Shown one piece after another: positions 48,861 through 54,661 of a DNA stretch of 54,661 nucleotides. Under the pieces are notes generated by a model that did no database searches, was not told where the DNA came from, and saw nothing but the letters and a program-made list of their open reading frames with translations. Position 1 is the first letter of the stretch. The number at the start of each line of letters is the position of its first letter. This stretch comes from an uncultured Clostridia bacterium. Lineage in GTDB: Bacteria; Bacillota; Clostridia; UBA1381. Position numbers and translations under genes: made by a program. The stretch covers positions 1-54,661 of the forward strand of contig CALERO010000036.1 of assembly GCA_937907325.1 (NCBI GenBank). Direction: 5' to 3'.

Positions 48861-49232
48861 TTACTTTAATTCTACCTTAGCACCTGCTTCTTCAAGTTCA
48901 GCCTTAATCTTTTCAGCTTCTTCCTTAGCAACAGCTTCCTTAATTGTCTTGGGAGCGCCGTCAACTAATTCCTTAGCTTCCTTAAGGCCTAAGCCTGTGA
49001 TACCTCTTACAACTTTGATAACGCCGAGCTTTGAAGCACCTGCGTCTGCCAATACAACGTCAAATTCTGACTTTTCTTCAGCAGCGCCTGCGCCGTCGCC
49101 AGCAACACCTGCAACCATAACCGGAGCAGCTGCGCTTACGCCGAACTCTTCTTCCATCATTTTAACTAATTCTGCAACTTCCAATAACTTTAATTCCTTG
49201 ATTGAATCAAGAATTGCATTCAAATCTGCCAT
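48861..49232 (-). CDS. rplL: 50S ribosomal protein L7/L12
   Basis: [26 protein letters not shown] and the [24 protein letters not shown] signature. Confidence 0.97.
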   Translation of the reverse strand: MADLNAILDSIKELKLLEVAELVKMMEEEFGVSAAAPVMVAGVAGDGAGAAEEKSEFDVVLADAGASKLGVIKVVRGITGLGLKEAKELVDGAPKTIKEAVAKEEAEKIKAELEEAGAKVELK

Positions 49233-49265
49233 TTTTATTTCCTCCTGTTTAAGTAAAATAATTAA

Positions 49266-49901
49266 TTATTCAGCCTCGGGAGCTTCTTCAGCTGCCGGAG
49301 CTTCCTCTGCAGCGGGTGCTGCTTCTTCTGCCGGAGCCTCTTCAGCAGCGGGTGCTGCTTCCTCCGATGCTTCTTCCTTGCTGTTGTTTGCGATTAAATC
49401 TGCAATCTCAACGCCGCCGTCAACAATAGTTGAAAGTAAACGAACGAGGTTTGATGCGGGAGCATTCAAGCTTCCCATAATCTTCGCAATCATAGTTTCC
49501 ATGTTCGGTGTAGCGGCTAATTTCTTAACCTCGTCAAGTGACATAACTGCGCCGTCCATGAAGCCTGATTTGATTTCAAGCTTTTCGTTTCCCTTTGCAA
49601 AATCAGCCATAACCTTTGCCGGAGCAACGGGGTCTGAATCTGAAACTGCAAGAGCTGTCGGGCCGTGAAGAACATCATCGAGAGCCTCAAGACCTGTTTC
49701 CTGTGTAGCTAACTTCAAAAGAGTGTTTTTAACAACAAAATACTTACATCCTGCTGCTCTGAGCTTGTTTCTGAGGTCAGTATCCTCTTCAACAGTTAAA
49801 CCTCTGTAGTCAACAAGTATACCTGTCTGAGCTGCTTTAAGCACTTCAACAACCTCGGCAACCTGTGCCTTTTTTGCTTCTAATACTTTTGCGCTTGGCA
49901 T
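49266..49901 (-). CDS. rplJ: 50S ribosomal protein L10 with a ~40-aa acidic Ala/Glu/Pro C-terminal extension
   Basis: The L10 core begins KKAQVAEVVEVLKAAQTGILVDYRGLTVEE. The tail reads NSKEEASEEAAPAAEEAPAEEAAPAAEEAPAAEEAPEAE. Confidence 0.95.
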   Translation of the reverse strand: MPSAKVLEAKKAQVAEVVEVLKAAQTGILVDYRGLTVEEDTDLRNKLRAAGCKYFVVKNTLLKLATQETGLEALDDVLHGPTALAVSDSDPVAPAKVMADFAKGNEKLEIKSGFMDGAVMSLDEVKKLAATPNMETMIAKIMGSLNAPASNLVRLLSTIVDGGVEIADLIANNSKEEASEEAAPAAEEAPAEEAAPAAEEAPAAEEAPEAE

Positions 49902-50102
49902 ATATGTTTCACCTCCTGAAATATGATTCCGTATCCACGGATTATATATGCCTTCGATTTATGCCAAAACATAATCGCTGATTAAGCCTTAACAATAAAG
50001 AAGGCTCTTTGCCGCAGACGCAAAGAGCCATAGTTTGTTTAGTAAACTAATCACCCTCGGCGGGACTTCCGTGCATAAGCACAGCCTGCTGTCTACGGAT
50101 AC
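49902..50102 (-). promoter_or_regulatory. Probable L10(L12)-responsive leader of rplJL, with an attenuator hairpin
   Basis: About 200-nt leader. Hairpin GGCTCTTTGCG-TCTGC-GGCAAAGAGCC (plus-strand coordinates 50003-50029) is followed by TTCTTTATTGTT on the minus strand. The position matches the Firmicute L10 leader, but no covariance model was run. Confidence 0.5.
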
Positions 50103-50108
50103 TTATAT

Positions 50109-50137
50109 ATAATAACACAAACGTGTCATTATGTCAA
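50109..50137 (-). promoter_or_regulatory. Sigma-A promoter of rplJL (extended -10)
   Basis: On the minus strand: TTGACA, a 17-nt spacer ending in TGT, then TATTAT. Confidence 0.6.
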
Positions 50138-50145
50138 GTGTTTTT

Positions 50146-50838
50146 TTAGCCTAATTTAGCTGAATTGATTTTTATTCCGGGTCCCATTGTTGAAGCTACA
50201 ACAACGCTCTTAAGATACTGACCCTTTGCCGATGACGGCTTAGCCTTAATAACAGCGCCCATAAGAGCCTCGAAGTTTTCCTGAAGCTTAGCGGCACCGA
50301 ATGAAGCCTTGCCTATCGGGCAGTGAATAATGTTGGTTTTGTCAAGTCTGTACTCGATTTTACCTGCTTTGATTTCGTTTACGGCTTTTGTAACGTCCAT
50401 AGTTACAGTACCTGCCTTCGGTGACGGCATCAATCCCTTAGGACCGAGAACCTTACCCAAGCGGCCTACAACGCCCATCATATCGGGAGTTGCAACAACA
50501 ACGTCGAAATCGAACCAGTTTTCGCCCTGGATTTTTTCAACCATATCCATTTCGCCGACATAGTCAGCGCCTGCTGCCTTAGCTTCGTCAGCCTTAGCAC
50601 CCTTAGCGAAAACGAGTACCTTAACGCTTTTACCGATACCGTTCGGTAATACGATCGCGCCTCTTACCTGCTGATCTGCGTGTCTTGAGTCAACGCCTAA
50701 TTTGATATGAGCTTCAACAGTTTCATCAAACTTAGCCTTTGATGTTTTTGTCACAAGCTCCATAGCCTCGGCTGTGTCGTACAGCTTTGATTTCTCAACA
50801 AGCTTTGCGCTTTCCTGATATTTTTTTCCTCTAAACAT
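50146..50838 (-). CDS. rplA: 50S ribosomal protein L1
   Basis: [27 protein letters not shown] is canonical L1 sequence. Confidence 0.97.
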   Translation of the reverse strand: MFRGKKYQESAKLVEKSKLYDTAEAMELVTKTSKAKFDETVEAHIKLGVDSRHADQQVRGAIVLPNGIGKSVKVLVFAKGAKADEAKAAGADYVGEMDMVEKIQGENWFDFDVVVATPDMMGVVGRLGKVLGPKGLMPSPKAGTVTMDVTKAVNEIKAGKIEYRLDKTNIIHCPIGKASFGAAKLQENFEALMGAVIKAKPSSAKGQYLKSVVVASTMGPGIKINSAKLG

Positions 50839-50914
50839 TTTAATCCTCCTTCGTGGTCAGACGAGAAAGTATTCTCTCCCACTTTTTTCTTAACAAAATT
50901 ACAAAAACTCCGGA

Positions 50915-51340
50915 TTAGTCGCCAACAATAACGCCCATACTTCTGCAAGTACCTTCAATCATACTCATAGCGGCTTCAAGCGAAGCGGCATTCAAGTCAG
51001 GCATTTTCTGTTCGGCAATAGCCTGAACGTCAGCCTTTGAAATTGTAGCTACCTTAGTTTTGTTCGGAACACCCGAACCGCTCTTAATGTTGCATGCCTT
51101 CTTGATAAGAACAGCAGCCGGCGGTGTCTTTGTTACGAATGAGAAGGATCTGTCTGCATAAACTGTAATAACAACAGGGATTATAAGACCTGCATCCTTC
51201 GCTGTTTTTTCGTTAAATTCCTTTGTAAACTGCATAATGTTTACACCGTGCTGACCCAAAGCAGGACCAACAGGGGGAGCCGGGGTTGCTTTTCCGGCAG
51301 GAATTTGTAATTTAATATAACCTGCAACCTTCTGTGCCAT
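50915..51340 (-). CDS. rplK: 50S ribosomal protein L11
   Basis: [36 protein letters not shown]. The start was set at the ATG after GGAGGTG. Confidence 0.97.
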   Translation of the reverse strand: MAQKVAGYIKLQIPAGKATPAPPVGPALGQHGVNIMQFTKEFNEKTAKDAGLIIPVVITVYADRSFSFVTKTPPAAVLIKKACNIKSGSGVPNKTKVATISKADVQAIAEQKMPDLNAASLEAAMSMIEGTCRSMGVIVGD

Positions 51341-51460
51341 AATGGCCACCTCCTAAATAATTACAGCAAAAGCTGTATAATGTGGTATTTGCGGACGCAC
51401 TGCGCCCTCCCACTGTCACCAGAGGGATATATAAACAGGAAAAAACCCGTCTATAACAAA

Positions 51461-51985
51461 TTAATCTGCGTGTTCGATTTGTGAGCAATCCACTTCGGCG
51501 GGAGTTTCACGACCGAACATCATAACAGTTACATTGACCTTTCTTCTTTCGGTGTCAATGCTTACAACTTTACCGACAAAGCCTTCCATAGCACCGGATT
51601 TGATATTTACCGTATCGCCGGGTGCAAAGTCAATATCAGCCATGCGTATTTTTTCAACGCCCATTCTCTCGACTTCCTCGTCGCTTAACGGAACGGGTTT
51701 CGAGCCGGGACCTACAAAGCCTGTAACACCGCGCGTATTGCGGACAACGTACCAGCTTTCATCGGTCATAACCATTTTGATTACGACATAACCCGGAAAA
51801 ACCTTGCGTTTTACAATTTTCTCGACCTCGCCTTTTTTTTCAACGGCGTCCTCGGTCGGGACTCTGACATCAGGAATTAAGTCTTGCATACCACGGTTTT
51901 CAACAGACTTTTCTATGTTGGCTTTAACCTTGTTTTCATAACCCGAGTATGTGTGAACCACATACCATTTTGCTTCTTCGGCCAT
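51461..51985 (-). CDS. nusG: Transcription termination/antitermination factor NusG
   Basis: KWYVVHTYSGYENKVK, FPGYVVIKM and a C-terminal KOW motif. Confidence 0.96.
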   Translation of the reverse strand: MAEEAKWYVVHTYSGYENKVKANIEKSVENRGMQDLIPDVRVPTEDAVEKKGEVEKIVKRKVFPGYVVIKMVMTDESWYVVRNTRGVTGFVGPGSKPVPLSDEEVERMGVEKIRMADIDFAPGDTVNIKSGAMEGFVGKVVSIDTERRKVNVTVMMFGRETPAEVDCSQIEHAD

Positions 51986-52043
51986 AACCGTTCTCCTTCC
52001 TAATGAATATACGGCGTTTGTAAAATACGATACTGCGCATACG

Positions 52044-52241
52044 GCAGGGGCTGAAATCTTTCATCGCCCCGAACGGATTTCGCATTGCGCTTTGCAGGGG
52101 ACGATGCCCTCATCGTTCCGAACGGATTTCCGCTCGCCTTTTGCATTGCGCTTTGTAGGGGACGATGCCCTCATCGTCCCGAACGGATTCCCGCTCGCCT
52201 TTTGCATTGCGCTTTGTAGGGGACGATGCCCTCATCGTCCC
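52044..52241 (+). repeat. Cluster B: about 3.5 tandem units (50/61/61-nt period) of the GTAG-hairpin repeat in the secE-nusG spacer
   Basis: G(T/C)AG-GGGACGATG-CCCT-CATCGTCCC at 52094-52119, 52155-52180 and 52216-52241, plus a degenerate copy at 52044-52070. The units share the linker GAACGGATTYCCGCTCGCCTTTTGCATTGCGCTTT. Confidence 0.85.
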
Positions 52242-52282
52242 AAATAATATTCCACACTCGCCCAAACAAAATCTACAGACAA

Positions 52283-52504
52283 TTAAAGAATATTTGTCAG
52301 TAATGAGAATAGTTTTGTGAAGCCTAAATCAAGCAAAGACAAAATAACCGTTACAATCGCAACGAATGCAATAATAACCAAAGTATTGTGAACGAGCTGT
52401 TCTTTTGTAGGCCAGGTTACCTTTTTAAGCTCAGCTTTGCTTTCTTTAAAGAATTTTTTCATTCTTGTACCCAAACCTGCTTTTTTTGTCACGTTATCAG
52501 CCAT
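52283..52504 (-). CDS. secE: Preprotein translocase subunit SecE
   Basis: 73 aa. KFFKESKAELKKVTWPTKEQL is followed by a single TM helix, and the gene sits between rpmG and nusG. Confidence 0.9.
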   Translation of the reverse strand: MADNVTKKAGLGTRMKKFFKESKAELKKVTWPTKEQLVHNTLVIIAFVAIVTVILSLLDLGFTKLFSLLTNIL

Positions 52505-52537
52505 ATCTACACATCCTTACTTTCTTAACAAACTAAA

Positions 52538-52687
52538 TTACTTGGTTTCCTTGTGAAGAGTGTGCTTTCTGCAGAACTTACAATACTTTTTCATTTCAAG
52601 TCTGTCAGGGTCATTCTTCTTGTTTTTCATTGTGTTGTAATTTCTCTGCTTGCAGTCAGTACAAGCCAATGTGATTTTTACTCTCAT
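52538..52687 (-). CDS. rpmG: 50S ribosomal protein L33 (not in the ORF track)
   Basis: Hand translation: [59 protein letters not shown] lies upstream. Confidence 0.93.
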   Translation of the reverse strand: MRVKITLACTDCKQRNYNTMKNKKNDPDRLEMKKYCKFCRKHTLHKETK

Positions 52688-52783
52688 CTAAAACACCTCC
52701 GATTTTATACTCCGCTCTGTTTTTTTTGCGGCGTATAATCTTAATCGACATCAAAAAAAAAGAGCTTGTTCATAAGCAAATTT

Positions 52784-52812
52784 ATTGTACCATAATACGG
52801 CTTTGTTGTCAA
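52784..52812 (-). promoter_or_regulatory. Sigma-A promoter (extended -10) of rpmG-secE-nusG
   Basis: On the minus strand: TTGACA, a 17-nt spacer ending in TGG, then TACAAT. Confidence 0.6.
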
Positions 52813-52855
52813 TAGTTTTTTTGATTTTTTTTGCATATTTTGCCCCGATGTCCCC

Positions 52856-53010
52856 GTAGGGCAGGGGCTTGCTCCTGCCGAAAACGTATTTACACTCTCG
52901 AACCACACAATAAACGGGATAATATTTCGGGTTGATGTGGGCATCAACCCCTACAGATGCGTTTACAATGATTACAATCGTGCGGTAGGGGACGATGCCC
53001 TCATCGTCCC
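52856..53010. repeat. Cluster C: three GTAG-hairpin elements, including one head-to-head composite (BIME-like) unit
   Basis: GTAG-GGCAGG-N8-CCTGCC (52856-52879); reverse-orientation GGGTTGATG-TGGG-CATCAACCC-CTAC (52929-52954); a 30-nt linker containing GTTTACAATGATTACAATCG; GTAG-GGGACGATG-CCCT-CATCGTCCC (52985-53010). Confidence 0.85.
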
Positions 53011-53036
53011 TAAATCGCTTTACATATGCTGTAACC

Positions 53037-53720
53037 TCATTCACGTATCTGCGTGTTCGGGACGTATGGCAAAAGCAAATTTTTAAACCCGTTCATTTCC
53101 TCTGATGTAAAACTTTCAAATCCTCCGCCGATTAAATTCCCCGAATTTTTAAACGTTTGCAGATAATACGCCCTTGCGCCTTTTATCCGCTCCCCTATTT
53201 TTGCAAAATCCTCTGCCGTGTGTATGCCCTTTACAACGGTTGTGCGGAATTCGTACGGTATACCGCAAGACATAATAAAGTCTATGCTTTTATTTATTTT
53301 TCCGATGTCAATGTCCGTTCCTGCGGCGGCGGAATAATTTTCGGGTGAGCTTTTAATATCCATTGCAATGTAATCCGCCATTTTTTCGTCAATGATATAT
53401 TTCAGTTTTTCGGGGAAACTGCCGTTTGTGTCAAGCTTTATAAGATAACCCATGGCACGAATCTCACGAAAAAGATCATAAATATCATCATTTATGAGCG
53501 GTTCTCCGCCGGTGATGCATACACCGTCAAGCAAGCCTTGACGTTTTTTAAGAAATGCAAATAATTCCTCTTTGCTTATTTCCTCACAGTCCGCCATAAA
53601 CACCACGGAAGCATTGTGGCAGAACGGGCATCTGAAATTACAGCCGCCCAAGAACACCGTACAGGCAACCTTTGAGGGATAATCGAGCAGAGTCATCTTC
53701 TGTAATCCGAGTATTTTCAT
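53037..53720 (-). CDS. nrdG: Anaerobic ribonucleoside-triphosphate reductase activating protein (radical SAM)
   Basis: GLQKMTLLDYPSKVACTVFLGGCNFRCPFCHN contains the CxxxCxxC cluster, and GVCITGGEPL follows. The size and layout match NrdG-type activases. Confidence 0.85.
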   Translation of the reverse strand: MKILGLQKMTLLDYPSKVACTVFLGGCNFRCPFCHNASVVFMADCEEISKEELFAFLKKRQGLLDGVCITGGEPLINDDIYDLFREIRAMGYLIKLDTNGSFPEKLKYIIDEKMADYIAMDIKSSPENYSAAAGTDIDIGKINKSIDFIMSCGIPYEFRTTVVKGIHTAEDFAKIGERIKGARAYYLQTFKNSGNLIGGGFESFTSEEMNGFKNLLLPYVPNTQIRE

Positions 53721-53736
53721 ATCAGTAACCGCCGTA

Positions 53737-54279
53737 TTAATAGTTAGCCGCTTTTATTTCAAAATAGCTTTGCGGATGCTTGCATACCGGACAAACCTCG
53801 GGAGCTTTCTTTCCCACGTGGATACGTCCGCAGTTTGAGCATATCCAGACGGTGTCGCCCTCTCTTGAGAATACAAGTCCCTTTTGAATGTTGCCGAGAA
53901 GCTTTTTAAATCTTTCCTCGTGTTCTTTTTCAATCTCCGCAACCATTTTAAACAGCGCCGCAATTTCCGTAAAGCCTTCTTCCTCGGCTGTTTTTGCAAA
54001 TTCGGGATACATATCCGTCCATTCGTAGTTCTCACCGTTTGCGGCGTCCTCAAGATTTGACGCTGTTTCGCCTATGCTGCCGCCGTGCAGAAGCTTAAAC
54101 CATATTTTGGCGTGTTCCTCTTCGTTTGCGGCGGTTTCTTCAAATATTTTTCCTATCTGAACATATCCGTCTTTTTTCGCTTTTTTTGCATAATAGGTGT
54201 ATTTGTTTCTCGCCTGGCTCTCTCCTGCAAACGCCGCCATTAAATTTGCTTCTGTTTTTGTTCCCTTTAAATCTTTCAT
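53737..54279 (-). CDS. rbr: Rubrerythrin
   Basis: Ferritin-like di-iron domain ([16 protein letters not shown]) plus a C-terminal rubredoxin-like CSNCG...CPVC. Confidence 0.93.
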   Translation of the reverse strand: MKDLKGTKTEANLMAAFAGESQARNKYTYYAKKAKKDGYVQIGKIFEETAANEEEHAKIWFKLLHGGSIGETASNLEDAANGENYEWTDMYPEFAKTAEEEGFTEIAALFKMVAEIEKEHEERFKKLLGNIQKGLVFSREGDTVWICSNCGRIHVGKKAPEVCPVCKHPQSYFEIKAANY

Positions 54280-54366
54280 TTATATTACCTCCTTGCAATA
54301 TATTGATAATTTCTGCATAAAAACCGACTGTTATGCGTGTTGTGCAAACTTTTCTTTTATATTATA

Positions 54367-54395
54367 ATTATACTGCTTTTGCGAATAAAAGTCAA
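54367..54395 (-). promoter_or_regulatory. Sigma-A promoter of rbr-nrdG with an overlapping AT-rich PerR/Fur-like palindrome
   Basis: On the minus strand: TTGACT, a 17-nt spacer, then TATAAT. GTATAATTATAATAT matches 12 of 15 positions of TTATAATNATTATAA. Confidence 0.55.
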
Positions 54396-54460
54396 ATTAA
54401 TTCGGGGCGTTTTTCGTTTATATGAATACCATTTTCCCGTTTGTTTTTGATTTTGCTTTC

Positions 54461-54661
54461 GGGTTGATGTGGGCATCAACCCCTACAGATGCGTTTACAA
54501 TGATTATAATCGTGCGGTAGGGGACGATGCCTTTCATCGTCCCGAAACGAAATTACACAATACACCGGATAATATTTCGGGTTGATGTGGGCATCAACCC
54601 CTACAAATGCGTTTACAATGATTATAATCGTGCGGTAGGGGACGATGCCTTTCATCGTCCC
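54461..54661. repeat. Cluster D: two tandem 118-nt composite (BIME-like) units that run off the window edge
   Basis: Reverse-orientation GGGTTGATG-TGGG-CATCAACCC-CTAC at 54461-54486 and 54579-54604. GTAG-GGGACGATG-CCTTT-CATCGTCCC at 54517-54543 and 54635-54661. The linkers are almost identical. Confidence 0.85.

Noticed and set aside
54487-54516. The linker inside the composite repeat contains TTTACA and TATAAT and might be a mobile promoter.
   Set aside because: The two hexamers are only 5 nt apart (TTTACA-ATGAT-TATAAT), which is incompatible with sigma-A spacing. In the 52.9-kb copy the second box reads TACAAT within a direct TTACAAT repeat.
54461-54661. The regularly spaced repeats at the window end (and at 52044-52241) look superficially like a CRISPR array.
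   Set aside because: The sequences between the hairpins are themselves repeated almost exactly, so there are no unique spacers. The periods are 118 nt and 61 nt. The repeats are strong GC hairpins in alternating orientation, and no cas genes are present.

Overview
This 54.7-kb window is a chromosomal segment from an endospore-forming, Clostridia-type Firmicute. The sporulation evidence is spoIIGA-sigE-sigG, an alpha/beta-type SASP and a PdaB-like deacetylase; the species cannot be named from sequence alone. Most of the window is core housekeeping: infC-rpmI-rplT with an ATT start and a putative L20 leader, asp23-yloV-recG, a solitary gyrA, two cyclophilins, tig-clpP-clpX-lysA, dprA-topA-trmFO, and rpmG-secE-nusG-rplK-rplA-rplJ-rplL followed by yceD-rpmF. 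Three genes below the ORF-track cutoff were recovered by hand: rpmF, rpmG and a 45-aa EF-hand-like micro-ORF. I found no tRNA or rRNA genes, CRISPR array, prophage, transposase or recognisable defence island, and I cannot point to a clear novel multi-gene system. The items most worth follow-up are: (1) a family of GTAG-plus-hairpin intergenic repeats with REP/BIME-like architecture at four loci, where they lengthen the secE-nusG spacer and directly flank a rubrerythrin-nrdG module; (2) a TetR gene with no canonical start codon (probably ATA), apparently co-transcribed with a 1820-aa surface protein whose N-terminal ~1000 aa I cannot assign; (3) the EF-hand micro-ORF beside an internally deleted vWA pseudogene; (4) a ribosomal protein L10 with an acidic Ala/Glu/Pro repeat tail; (5) a spoIIG promoter with a 21-nt spacer. 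All coordinates, motifs and alignments were worked out by hand and no database was searched.
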